This document shows, in pieces, positions 55,101-64,000 of a DNA stretch of 64,000 bases. A model generated the notes under the pieces. It made no database searches. It saw only the letters and a program-made list of their open reading frames with translations, and was not told the origin of the DNA. Position 1 is the stretch's first letter; each line of letters opens with the position of its first letter. The stretch covers positions 160,001-224,000 of the forward strand of contig JAPLVR010000003.1 of the NCBI GenBank assembly GCA_026397015.1, in the 5' to 3' direction. The translations under genes and the position numbers were made by a program. Origin of the DNA: Candidatus Iainarchaeum sp. (GTDB lineage: Archaea > Iainarchaeota > Iainarchaeia > Iainarchaeales > JAAZKV01).

Positions 55101-56709
55101 CACAAACATTTTGGATGATGCTACAAATGGAAACCTGCGCCATTCAAGCGGCCCTGGCGACAGCGGGCATTATTGTGATGGAAATGTTACTGTCGGCGAC
55201 ATCAACTATAACAGATGGATTATGGCCGGCACGGATTGGGCCAGAAATGATTTGAATCATTTAATGCTTGTTAACACAATCGATCAAAATGTTTGGATTG
55301 ATTATGACAATGACTGCAATTTTGTTCTGGATGATGCGGACAGCAACAGACATGTTGGGGATACAAACATAGGGTCAATGACTGATGGAAACGCCATGCT
55401 CGTAACGGACATCACCTCAATGGCATTAACATACATGAAAAAGCCGTTTGATTTTAATAATTCAAGCAGGATGCAGGGAACTTTTATCGGGCAATATCCT
55501 GTTGATGAAAATATAGGCGTGCCGATAATAATTAAGAATTTGGACGGCACCACTACTGCGGATATTAACGTAACAATAAACAGGGCGATGCTACTGCCTT
55601 CCTTTGGAATGGGAATGCCACAGGAAACAACCGGGTGGACGGCGTGGCAGGGCACAACCGACGCCGACGGCTTTGCAAGGGCAATCTTGAATGTGTCAAG
55701 ACCCGGAACGTACATGCTTGAAATAAAAGCGACCAATACTGCGGGAACGTCACAAATATTCAAGCCGTGGGAAGGAATGGTAGTTGAAGCGAAGAAGTAC
55801 AAAACTGAAATGTTCCTGCAGAACCAAATAGGAGATATTACAATTGATTTCAACAATGTGCTGGCTGGGAGCGGCGTATTTATTGAAGATGACGAAAGCA
55901 GCGGTCCCGGAGATAATGGCGACGGTTTAGACCAGACATGGTACGATGCAAATTACGGGCTGTTTGATGAAAGCGCAAGAGACTTTGATTTGGATAAGGA
56001 TGGCGCCAAAGACAAAAACTTTTATTTCATAAAACTGAACGATGCGTTCCACACGGCCAATTCTGGAATGGACGCAAATATTCTGGTTGACGATGACACT
56101 AATTTTTGCAACATACTGTACAGAGGGCCAGACAACAATAGAGATGATTGCGACCAAAATGTTTTGGGCGAAGTCGGATTGAATGAAGGCTGGTTTGACA
56201 ACACAAGCGGGCTCTTCCTGTGCCCGTACAGCAACGCCCAAGGTTCAATGCAAAACACTTCATGCGGAAACAATGAAGCGGTTTATGCGATTTCAGAGAA
56301 CGACACAAATGTCAATGATAATGATGCGATAATAATCAACAGAACCACCTGGAGGGCGCTTGATAATACAGGAAACAATTGGGGGTTATGGATGATAAAG
56401 GACGGCATAAACAATGCCGCAGGTTCAAGCACAAACACATGGACTATATTCAAAGATCTTCAGGGAGTAAAACTTAATTCTTCAGGCACGATGAGCGCAA
56501 AGCTTTTCAGGACAAGCGCCAGGCCACAGATGAACCAGCAAAATACGATGATTCCTATGCCAGGAACGTATCCGGGAACGATAACCGGCGGCATAGGAAA
56601 AATTAATTACGGCAATCTGCCGGATTCAAATTATTCAATGGCGGTCGATGTAAACATCAATAATGATTTGCAAACGCAATACGAAAACTTTGAAATAAGG
56701 TCGTCATAA
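52186..56709 (+). CDS. Large secreted surface/S-layer-like glycoprotein with Ig-like domains
   Basis: Signal peptide, many N-x-S/T sequons, repeated D-x-N motifs, G.Y.(V/I) beta strands. Confidence 0.75.
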   Translation: MINLEFFKKNLICFAVLFFASIIPGVCGAAVQIDINGQYYLGGAVTISGTVAPAAANDLNIYLTNASSGAVFDSNTVAADANGAYSITYNYLSAGDYNGLVTDANSSATNRFYLKITNYASIDINFVGSMPPLNIGQALVANFTLRDYNNAVVTSDYNIALKLVDSDGTVVKDQNNYVPKSGGANRTDDYNFGALPTPGTYTIIVDNGVTGFNVPVIAYNLFVNSFNSSTGDPQKIFAAGQDANVKVFMSNTSGTPITSGTISGTIQAPSSVTQSPLTFTPYGGYFMANTGALSTQGEYTIRVSASALGYSQNQELKLKIQSYSMLLQPKKNESAGKKERMKGAYSTSSQAILELSITDLNTNMALAGLDLNSACNKNKLSLTVYKAGSTVGTSVTFDVNNVPDKTCDLNFVTPSSTGEYRYKLVGTDMNVANTVQDLATSTGLKVQNQMVFFDAVDPSAYAQDSSNSWKFTFYKDENIGFVANVIDLNVSDDADVSAVSKATIMQNGQRITITNTVDKNYLDYNAESHVLLMLGSALTDNNVSAGFVPIEFTVDVNSNNDAMDANSITAFGAFKYKIMNISSMPADENGGSKSTMFGPPVFHSDTEGVYLQVSVTNAGGTAIKYANVELYSLRNVDDWNELSVAPINAISDNNNLITSSAGTAHLHLGTLSSGIYFGQVKVTNGSTIDYGDFFLMVKSYIVNAQPLTVENGQCMFMNSIGQNSDFNMVIMAMNPALGMPVNDYVPDENGTKVFLMSMGEEFKEPTIYDVTLSSPFDFNCTGMMGPPGEVQTFKAMTVHPNGDSNWQAGNYRVLVKGSSAELGAEAGDGFFRVQPFKFSLMPLAMTGMGGGDQKMLNATPGSAFDFNVISDKSITLRAILVDEKTQQDVNSNINFVNNSNTVNANELTTVSVLIPSNIPLSEYPLIVFGDDTSGNQAEQDLFLRMSLFNLVVPSGIGNQNLQYQQSNTGAYDTNILDDATNGNLRHSSGPGDSGHYCDGNVTVGDINYNRWIMAGTDWARNDLNHLMLVNTIDQNVWIDYDNDCNFVLDDADSNRHVGDTNIGSMTDGNAMLVTDITSMALTYMKKPFDFNNSSRMQGTFIGQYPVDENIGVPIIIKNLDGTTTADINVTINRAMLLPSFGMGMPQETTGWTAWQGTTDADGFARAILNVSRPGTYMLEIKATNTAGTSQIFKPWEGMVVEAKKYKTEMFLQNQIGDITIDFNNVLAGSGVFIEDDESSGPGDNGDGLDQTWYDANYGLFDESARDFDLDKDGAKDKNFYFIKLNDAFHTANSGMDANILVDDDTNFCNILYRGPDNNRDDCDQNVLGEVGLNEGWFDNTSGLFLCPYSNAQGSMQNTSCGNNEAVYAISENDTNVNDNDAIIINRTTWRALDNTGNNWGLWMIKDGINNAAGSSTNTWTIFKDLQGVKLNSSGTMSAKLFRTSARPQMNQQNTMIPMPGTYPGTITGGIGKINYGNLPDSNYSMAVDVNINNDLQTQYENFEIRSS

Positions 56710-56741
56710 AATAAGTTTGAAGTTATGAAAACGGTGGAAAG

Positions 56742-58253
56742 ATGAAAAGGATTTTGGCAGTTTTAATAATGCTTGTTGCGATGGTCGGCTTTGCGGCTGC
56801 AGCGAGCGTTTCTCTCTCGCTAAATTCGCTGGAAACGATTGCGGAAGGCGAAACAGTCACGCTGACCGCCACTGTCACCGCCGTCGGGGATTCTGTGGGC
56901 AATGTTTCACTTCAATTGGGCGACCTGTCGCCGGGCGTAAGCACTTCAGACTCATCAACTCAATCCGTTGGGACATTGAGTTCCGGGCAAAGTTCTTCGA
57001 AGAGTTGGACAATTAGGGGGGATGTCGCAGGAACTTATTCTTTTAACGTCACGGCGTCCGGCACGGATGTAAGCGATGTGTTTCAGAATGCTTCAATGGT
57101 TGTGAACACCGCTGCATTTATCGAAATAAGCGACAAGACCTGCAGTGAAACGACGATGGATATCGGAGAAACAATAACAATGAATTTTATTGTAAAAAAC
57201 ACCGGTGGAAGTTCTGCAACTGTAACGACGACAATGAGCGGTTATTCAAGCAGATTTACTCTCACATCCGGAAGCGTAACTTCAAGCGCGGAGATAACGG
57301 CCGGTTCACAAAGCAGCAAATCTTATTTGTTCACGGCGGCAAGCGCCGGAACGGCAACAATAACCGCCACGGTAACTTCCACAGAAAATAATCCGACGGC
57401 ACAAACTTGCGCCGTAACAATAAACGCCGCTTTAGATACGAGCGACGACGATTCAGAAACTGTCAGCGGAGTCCCCGCAGGGGATATAATACTCAGCAGG
57501 GTGCTTGATCAAAATCCAAGTGTGGAAGAAATAACTGCAATCTTAAGTTCTGCCGGTTTAACGCAGGAATCGATTGACAGAGCAGTAAGCCTGCTTGAAA
57601 AAATCGGCGTAAAAAAAGAAGTAATTGTTCGTAAAAGAACGTTGACTAACGGCACCACAGCTTACACTACCACAATAACATTCACAATAAAAAATAAAGA
57701 CGGCACAAATCTTTTGAAAAATGTCAAAGTAATTTTGGAAATTCCGAAAACGGTTGCGGAAAATGCTTCCGAACTTGTGATTCCTTCAAATGAAAATTAC
57801 ACCATAATAAAGGCCGACCCAATACTTGAATTTGAAATTGCGGAAATAGCGCCAAACGGCACTGGAAAAGTTGACATCGACATAAATAAGCAGATAAGCG
57901 GCGCGTTGGCGGATTCAATATTACAAGCAGTAGTTGCCGATTTCGAAGAGGCCGCTGATTTGTGCGTCGGAAAAAACTGTGATGATGAAAATCCCTGTAC
58001 GACTGATGCATGCAGTGGGGGCAATTGCTCAAATACCAGCGTCACTAATGGAACTGTGTGCGGCGAGGGAAAAAGTTGTAAGGCAGGGGCATGTGTTTTA
58101 ATCGCTGCTGAAGAAAATCAAGAAGGAGAGCAAACTCCTGAGCAGAAGGCGGCACAGGACCAGACCAATTTACTACTCATAATCGGCGCAGTAGTTGCAC
58201 TAATACTTATCATCGCAATAATTGGGGCAATTGTACTCAAAAAAAGAAAGTAA
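56742..58253 (+). CDS. Surface protein with Ig-like domains and C-terminal TM anchor
   Basis: Signal peptide; Ser/Thr-rich beta domains; CDDENPCTTDAC; TM helix followed by KKRK. Confidence 0.8.
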   Translation: MKRILAVLIMLVAMVGFAAAASVSLSLNSLETIAEGETVTLTATVTAVGDSVGNVSLQLGDLSPGVSTSDSSTQSVGTLSSGQSSSKSWTIRGDVAGTYSFNVTASGTDVSDVFQNASMVVNTAAFIEISDKTCSETTMDIGETITMNFIVKNTGGSSATVTTTMSGYSSRFTLTSGSVTSSAEITAGSQSSKSYLFTAASAGTATITATVTSTENNPTAQTCAVTINAALDTSDDDSETVSGVPAGDIILSRVLDQNPSVEEITAILSSAGLTQESIDRAVSLLEKIGVKKEVIVRKRTLTNGTTAYTTTITFTIKNKDGTNLLKNVKVILEIPKTVAENASELVIPSNENYTIIKADPILEFEIAEIAPNGTGKVDIDINKQISGALADSILQAVVADFEEAADLCVGKNCDDENPCTTDACSGGNCSNTSVTNGTVCGEGKSCKAGACVLIAAEENQEGEQTPEQKAAQDQTNLLLIIGAVVALILIIAIIGAIVLKKRK

Positions 58254-58304
58254 ACCGAAAAAAATCCAAAATCAGCCCCCGTTACCGAATAAAATGACCC
58301 GAAC

Positions 58305-58889
58305 TTATTCTTGTTCCTCAGTTGCCAATATAGCTCCATACCTGAAAACTCTCATTCCAAGTCTGACCCATTCGTCAGGGGCAAGGCCTGCTTTGAGACA
58401 GAGGTGCGAAAGAAATTCCTCTTTTGTTTCAATTTCTTCCCAGACACTTGGAAGGAATGTCGCGCTGCGGAAGCCTTTCCGGATTATCAAACCGTCTTTT
58501 CCTGCAACAATTTTTTTCAGCAAATCGGCGGGAGAAGAAAATTTCATTTCAACAGCATCTGTGAGAACTGAAACCTCGATTTTCAAATCGGAAAGTTCAT
58601 TTTTTGAGAGAGGGTTGAAACGCGAATCCTGAAATGCGGCGTTAACTGCATTTTCTATAATGTCAAGGTAAAGGGGCTGCATCGCGTCAAGGTGGCCGAT
58701 ACACCCTCTCAGCTCGCTCCCATTTGTCAAGGTAACAAAGCAGGCCTTTTCTTCCAACAAGTTTTTTGGAACCACTTTTTCGGAAAGTTTTAGAAGCGCG
58801 CCGCCGCTAAAAAAATATTCTATTGATTTGCGCGCAAGCGAAACACAGAACTTTTTTTCTTTTTCATTCAAGGAAAATTTTGAACCCAT
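58305..58889 (-). CDS. amrA: AmmeMemoRadiSam system protein A (AMMECR1 family)
   Basis: CFVTL...LRGCIG, DSRF, EVSVL, ATFLPSVW, LCLKAGL. Confidence 0.92.
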   Translation of the reverse strand: MGSKFSLNEKEKKFCVSLARKSIEYFFSGGALLKLSEKVVPKNLLEEKACFVTLTNGSELRGCIGHLDAMQPLYLDIIENAVNAAFQDSRFNPLSKNELSDLKIEVSVLTDAVEMKFSSPADLLKKIVAGKDGLIIRKGFRSATFLPSVWEEIETKEEFLSHLCLKAGLAPDEWVRLGMRVFRYGAILATEEQE

Positions 58890-58951
58890 TATTTCACCCT
58901 CAACACAAAATTACCACGCAAAATTATTTATTATTGCCCCTTACTTCCCCC

Positions 58952-59710
58952 CTATTCCACAAAAACAATCGAAGCGTAGCCGACCACTTTGCTTTTGTCT
59001 CCGGCGGTATCGCCCGAATTTTTGTACTCAACCAAAACCGGTTTCCACTTAAATTTTTTTGCAATAATCATCAATGCGGCGATTCCGGTTTTGCCGCAGG
59101 CGTCGCCCGAAAGCAGAAATTTTTTCAAATCGAGAGAAATAATCGCAGCGATTGTTGCGTTATCAATTCTGTTTGCGTCGTCATAACGAAGATAATGACT
59201 TAAGTCGGAGCTTGCAACCAGCACGGAATCTTTTGAAACAAGCGGCTTAATTTTTTCAGCCAGTTCTTCGGCGGAAATTTCGCCGTAAATTAATGGCACG
59301 AGAACAAATTGTTTGAAAATTTTCTGGAGAAAAGGCACTTGAACTTCTAAGGAATGCTCCACATCGCCCCGAATTGCATCAATGCCCGGCGCCTTTTCTA
59401 CTTTCACTAATCCTAATGGTGTTTCCCAATTCTGGTCAAACGAATATGCACCTTCAAAATACGCCTGATGAGAAGGACCGAACAGCACAACTTTCTTTGC
59501 TCTTGACCTTTTTAGCAAAACATATGCGGGGGAGGCAACGGATGCGGAATACACATAACCTGCATGGGGAACTATTGCGCCGCGGATTTTTCCTGAAATT
59601 TTTTCAGAAATTGTTTTGCTTTCAAAAAGCAATTTGTCAATAAGTTCTGAAAGTTCGTCCTTATCGGCGGGATAAAATTGGCCGGCATAAACCGGCTCTC
59701 TTATATTCAC
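58952..59710 (-). CDS. amrB: AmmeMemoRadiSam system protein B (MEMO1 family)
   Basis: AGQFYP, PHAGYVYS, GPSH, EHSLEVQ, SSDLSHY, ACG, VGY. Confidence 0.92.
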   Translation of the reverse strand: MNIREPVYAGQFYPADKDELSELIDKLLFESKTISEKISGKIRGAIVPHAGYVYSASVASPAYVLLKRSRAKKVVLFGPSHQAYFEGAYSFDQNWETPLGLVKVEKAPGIDAIRGDVEHSLEVQVPFLQKIFKQFVLVPLIYGEISAEELAEKIKPLVSKDSVLVASSDLSHYLRYDDANRIDNATIAAIISLDLKKFLLSGDACGKTGIAALMIIAKKFKWKPVLVEYKNSGDTAGDKSKVVGYASIVFVE

Positions 59711-59742
59711 TCACACGCCCCCTGTTTTTTCTTTTTCAACTT

Positions 59743-60789
59743 TTATTCAAAAACACCTTCTATTTTTTCGCCGCAATCCGCACATCTTGCGCTCCTCGAA
59801 AGGCCCCCCGCTTTTTCTAGCCCGCCCATGGCGACGCCGTAAAGGCTTCTCTCAATAATTTTCGCACCGCAATTCGGGCAATAGGTGCTTTCCAAATCCG
59901 AATCAGAAAGATTGCCGCCGTAAACAAATCTCAGCCCTGCATCCTTCCCTATTTTCATCGCCTCTTTTATCTGGTTCGCAGAAGTTTTTGGAATTCCCGC
60001 CATCTTGTGGCACGGATGAAAAGCGGAAACGTGCCACGGAATGCTTTTATCAACGGAAGAGATAAAATCCGCCAACTGCTTCAAATTATCATGCGAAGTG
60101 TTTTTACCCGGAATTAGAAGCGTAGTAATTTCGGTCCACGTTTTGTTTTTATGGAAGGATTTTATTGTTTCGAGAACTCCTTCAAGTTTTGCGCCGCAAA
60201 TTTTTTTATAAAATTCGTCATCGAAACTTTTCAAATCAATATTAATCGCGTCAAGTTTTCGCCGCAATGATTTTATTTGTTCTTCGCTTTCGTATCCGTT
60301 GCTTACAAAAACGGTTCCGAAATTTTTTTTTCTTGCAAGGGCGATTGCGTCAAGGCAATATTCGATTGAAATGGCGGATTCGTTGTATGTGAATGCGACG
60401 CTTTTTGCGCCGCTTTCTTCCGTAAGGGAAATGAATTTTTCCGGGCTCACTTCCTGCATTCCCGGCAAAAGTTTTTCAACCTGTTCGCCTTTCACGGCGG
60501 AAATATCATAATTTTGGCAGAAGGCGCAGGAAAAGTTGCAGCCGAAGAAGCCGATGCTCATTATTTCAGTTCCGGGCTTGTAGTGGAACAGCGGCTTTTT
60601 TTCCATCGGATCAAGATGGATGCTGCAAGGTTTTGCATAAGTAATGAGAAAAAGCTTGCCGCCAATATTTTTGCGCACGCCGCAGATACCGAAGCGGCTT
60701 TCGGCTATTGTGCAGCCGTGCCTGCACGCGCTGCATTTCACCGCGTTCTCCGGCTTTTCAAGCCGCTTATAAAATGTGCATTCCTTCAT
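59743..60789 (-). CDS. amrS: AmmeMemoRadiSam system radical SAM enzyme
   Basis: DPMEKKPLFH, GCNFSCAFCQN, NIDLK; clustered with amrA and amrB. Confidence 0.92.
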   Translation of the reverse strand: MKECTFYKRLEKPENAVKCSACRHGCTIAESRFGICGVRKNIGGKLFLITYAKPCSIHLDPMEKKPLFHYKPGTEIMSIGFFGCNFSCAFCQNYDISAVKGEQVEKLLPGMQEVSPEKFISLTEESGAKSVAFTYNESAISIEYCLDAIALARKKNFGTVFVSNGYESEEQIKSLRRKLDAINIDLKSFDDEFYKKICGAKLEGVLETIKSFHKNKTWTEITTLLIPGKNTSHDNLKQLADFISSVDKSIPWHVSAFHPCHKMAGIPKTSANQIKEAMKIGKDAGLRFVYGGNLSDSDLESTYCPNCGAKIIERSLYGVAMGGLEKAGGLSRSARCADCGEKIEGVFE

Positions 60790-60899
60790 TTTCTACCCGC
60801 GAGAAAATTATCCTGGGAAGTTGTTAAAAAACCGCGGGCAGAGAATGTTTTAATAGGTTTCGCAGACAAAATACTTCAATAAAAAAACAGGCGCCGAAC

Positions 60900-61949
60900 A
60901 TGGATTTGTACTCCCAAATTTATTTTGGAAATTCCATAATGCAATTTCTGCAGTTTTTCGGAATAATAGTTGCATCCATACTGGCGGGAAAGGCGATAAG
61001 CTTTATTTTTGCAAACGCCCTGACAAAGATTGCAAAAAAGTCCAATAACACTTTTGACGATTTCTTGATTGCGGCGCTGAAAAAGCCGATAACCGTTTTC
61101 GCAATACTTGCAGGAATGTATTTCGCATTTGGATCCCTCACTCTGGAGGAAAGCGCGCGGCATCTGGCCAACAGGGGCTTTGAAATAGCAGTCATAATTT
61201 ATTCGGCGTGGCTGGCTACAAAAGCAACAGATTCGTTCATTCAAAAGGTGCTTAAGCCGCTGGCAAAAAAAACCGATTCAAAACTTGATAACCAATTGCT
61301 GCCAATTTTTTCGAAATCGGTCAAAGTGGTTGTCTGGATTATGGCGGGAATAATAATCATAAGGAGTTTCGGCTATGACATAACGGCGATTCTTGCAGGG
61401 CTTGGAATCGGCGGCCTGGCATTTGCCTTCGCTGCGCAGAGAACAATTGCGGACATTTTCGGCGGAATAAGCATTCTTTTTTCAAAACCTTTTGTGATAG
61501 GCGACACCATTGAGACGGGCAGAGTGATGGGAAAAGTCGAAGAAATTGATTTGAGGAACACAAAAATAAGGGATTCGGACGGAAGGATAGTTACGGTGCC
61601 CAATTCGACGATTTCCTCCGAAGAGATAAAAAATATAACTTCGGAGCCTACAAGGAAAATCACGGCAAACCTCGGGCTGACTTATGGCACTTCGACGGAA
61701 AAAATAAAGCAGGCGATGAAGATAATCACAAAAGTAGTAAATTCAAATGAAAACTGCAAGCCGGAGCCGCAAATTTATTTCAGCGAATTCAGGGATTTTT
61801 CCGTTAACCTCCTGGTGATGTACTATGTCACCGACAAGGAAAACTGGCAGCAGATTAGGCACGACGTTAATATGAAAATTAAGTCTGAATTCGACAAGGC
61901 AAAAATCGATTTTGCTTTCCCGACGCAGACGGTTCATGTGCAAAAATAA
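60900..61949 (+). CDS. mscS: Small-conductance mechanosensitive channel
   Basis: GLGIGGLAFAFAAQ, KPFVIGD, VPNS, FAFPTQ. Confidence 0.92.
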   Translation: MDLYSQIYFGNSIMQFLQFFGIIVASILAGKAISFIFANALTKIAKKSNNTFDDFLIAALKKPITVFAILAGMYFAFGSLTLEESARHLANRGFEIAVIIYSAWLATKATDSFIQKVLKPLAKKTDSKLDNQLLPIFSKSVKVVVWIMAGIIIIRSFGYDITAILAGLGIGGLAFAFAAQRTIADIFGGISILFSKPFVIGDTIETGRVMGKVEEIDLRNTKIRDSDGRIVTVPNSTISSEEIKNITSEPTRKITANLGLTYGTSTEKIKQAMKIITKVVNSNENCKPEPQIYFSEFRDFSVNLLVMYYVTDKENWQQIRHDVNMKIKSEFDKAKIDFAFPTQTVHVQK

Positions 61950-62111
61950 AAATCCCAAAAAGTTAATTTTTTTGCCCAAAAACAAAGAAGTGCTACATAA
62001 CCGCACCGGCTTTTGAACAATCACTTTACTTTCGGTCTTTTACCGTGTGAAAAAAAATTACAAAGTAAACAAAAAAGCAAGCTTAAATACACAAAAGACA
62101 TTATTTTGTGG

Positions 62112-64000
62112 ATGAAAAAAGCCGTCTTAATCGCGGGCATTCTTTTGTCGCTAATCATACTTTCTGGGGCAGCGCTCGCGGAGGATTGTGTTTGTACCGA
62201 TGTATACGAGCCCGTATGCGGAGTCGACAAAAAAACATATGGAAATGAGTGCAACGCAAACTGCGCCGGAATTGAAATTGCTTATAAGACAGGATGCTCT
62301 CACACCTGCGAAGATATCTCCTGCACACTTACCTGCCCATATGGAGTTAAAGCTGATGAATACGGCTGCAAGCTCTGCGAATGCAACGAAATTAGCTGCG
62401 CCGGAGAAGGAATGGGAATCGCGGTAATACCAAATCCGCCGAGCTGCTGTGAGGGACTCAATCAAATACCCCCGAAAAGCGGGGACCTCTTAGGCATTTC
62501 CGGAATATGCACTGCAAAATGCGGCAACGGAAACTGCGACACAGGAACAGAAACTAATTATAATTGCCCCGAAGACTGCCAGCCAGTGCCATGCAAAAAC
62601 GATGGAGAAGACATTCCGGTTATTGAGAATCCTCCTGTATGCTGTGAAGGATTAAGGGCTGAACCAATATATGACAGGAAAGGAGTTAGTGCGATATGCA
62701 AAAAGCCGACCCCTTGCATCGGCACCATCGACGAACAAGGGTGCAAAGTAGTGAAATGCGATGATGGCAGGTATGAAAGAAATTGTCCAACCACCCCGAC
62801 ACCGGTAACATGCGAAAAGCAGGAAGATCCTGCAACTAAATGTGTAATAAAAAAATGCAGCGATGGATACATTGATAGATGGTGCCCGACACAGCCCACT
62901 GAATGCAAAACTTATATTGATGAAAAGGGCTGCAAAGTAACTTCCTGCGCAGATGGGACCAGACGAGATTGTCCGACGCCCGCACAAGAGGAATGCACGA
63001 AATATGTTAGGGAAGACGGCTGCGTAGTGAAGAAGTGCAAAGAGGGTGCCGTAATGATTGATTGCCCGACTAGTACAGTACTTCCTGCAAGTGCGGTACC
63101 CACAAGCTGCATCGAAGTGAGAGATGAAAGCGGAAATGTTGTAAGCAGGCAATGCCAAGCGGTTGCAGTAAATGAAGTGCCAATTTTCACAACCGCCTGC
63201 CCAACAGATGAAGACAATAAGAGAAAAATAGAAGCGTGCAGGCTCTCAAACGGAAATCCATTTACCGAAGCATCCTCAAATGGGTGCAAAGTAATCAATT
63301 GCCGGATGGCAACATCAAGTACCACCAGTGGCGACGCAACGCCGGCCGTTGCAACAACCTGTCCGGGGCAGCCAATTGAGGAAATTAGAAAAATAAAGGA
63401 TGACTGCAAGCAAAATGCCGGCGAAATAATTGTGAAGTTTGATGGTGGCGGATGCGAGAAATATTACTGCATAAAAAACTGGGAGCAGGACTGCAGAAAG
63501 GAAAAGGACATTCCTGCTGAAAAGAAGGATTCCTGCGAAAAGCAGGGCGGGCAATTTATATTAAAAACAAACGAAAAGGGCTGCATTACATTCATTGACT
63601 GCATCACGACCGGACAGAGTAGCTATGCTTCATCGGAAATAAAAAAGACGCCCGATGTTGCAGAGCTCACTGATTTGGCTTTTAAACTGGAAAGCCTGAA
63701 AATAGAATTTGAGGGCCTTGGAAAGAAAGCAGACGGAATTGCAGCATATTACGAAGAAAACGGAAATGAGGCGGATGCGAACAGGTTCAAGAGGGTTGCA
63801 GGCATGCTCTACTCCGCAAAGGACAAAATCGATGAAATCAAGAATATGATACGGGAAAACCTTGATAACTTCGATGAAAGCATGGCAAGGGAAGTAAAAG
63901 ATTCCATAAGGTACATAAAGGAAATACTGCTGAAAGACATTCTTTACATTATGCTCGGTGGGGAGGGAAAAGCCGGGGAAACCTGCAAAAACATTTCCTG
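62112..64000 (+). CDS. Secreted Cys-rich protein (Kazal + antistasin-like + repeats), truncated by the window end; not in the ORF track
   Basis: MKKAVLIAGILLSL... signal; CTDVYEPVCGVDKKTYGNEC; CTLTCPYG..DEYGCKLCEC; repeated GC.V..C.DG units. Confidence 0.8.
   Translation, partial: MKKAVLIAGILLSLIILSGAALAEDCVCTDVYEPVCGVDKKTYGNECNANCAGIEIAYKTGCSHTCEDISCTLTCPYGVKADEYGCKLCECNEISCAGEGMGIAVIPNPPSCCEGLNQIPPKSGDLLGISGICTAKCGNGNCDTGTETNYNCPEDCQPVPCKNDGEDIPVIENPPVCCEGLRAEPIYDRKGVSAICKKPTPCIGTIDEQGCKVVKCDDGRYERNCPTTPTPVTCEKQEDPATKCVIKKCSDGYIDRWCPTQPTECKTYIDEKGCKVTSCADGTRRDCPTPAQEECTKYVREDGCVVKKCKEGAVMIDCPTSTVLPASAVPTSCIEVRDESGNVVSRQCQAVAVNEVPIFTTACPTDEDNKRKIEACRLSNGNPFTEASSNGCKVINCRMATSSTTSGDATPAVATTCPGQPIEEIRKIKDDCKQNAGEIIVKFDGGGCEKYYCIKNWEQDCRKEKDIPAEKKDSCEKQGGQFILKTNEKGCITFIDCITTGQSSYASSEIKKTPDVAELTDLAFKLESLKIEFEGLGKKADGIAAYYEENGNEADANRFKRVAGMLYSAKDKIDEIKNMIRENLDNFDESMAREVKDSIRYIKEILLKDILYIMLGGEGKAGETCKNIS

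Overview
Archaeal chromosomal segment. A DPANN lineage such as Iainarchaeota/Diapherotrites is likely, but this is inference from the Taw1 wyosine synthase, DUF2666, intron-containing tRNAs, TATA-like promoters, GGTGA-type RBS and many Cys-rich surface proteins. Main parts: (1) a ~14 kb integrative element inserted in the 3' end of tRNA-Glu(CTC), bounded by a 13-bp att repeat (2651-2663 / 16646-16658). It carries a tyrosine integrase, an AAA_25/RepA-like helicase and defence cargo: MvaI-like methylase and nuclease, PD-(D/E)XK, two HEPN-like proteins and DUF3800. (2) Five tRNA genes (Glu, Pro with intron, Thr, Tyr with intron, Asp) plus an orphan tRNA 3' half beside a LAGLIDADG gene. (3) Downstream of tRNA-Tyr, a tandem array of 1-2 gene modules (VapBC, Doc plus partner, aminotransferase, orphans), each ending in a degenerate copy of the tRNA-Tyr locus. 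(4) A bacterial-type leuA preceded by an unannotated 33-codon uORF ending in five consecutive Leu codons and a hairpin/T-tract, a candidate leucine attenuator in an archaeon. (5) Several very large secreted or surface proteins, the AmmeMemoRadiSam trio, and transport/housekeeping genes. All product calls come from motifs recognised by eye; no database searches were run.
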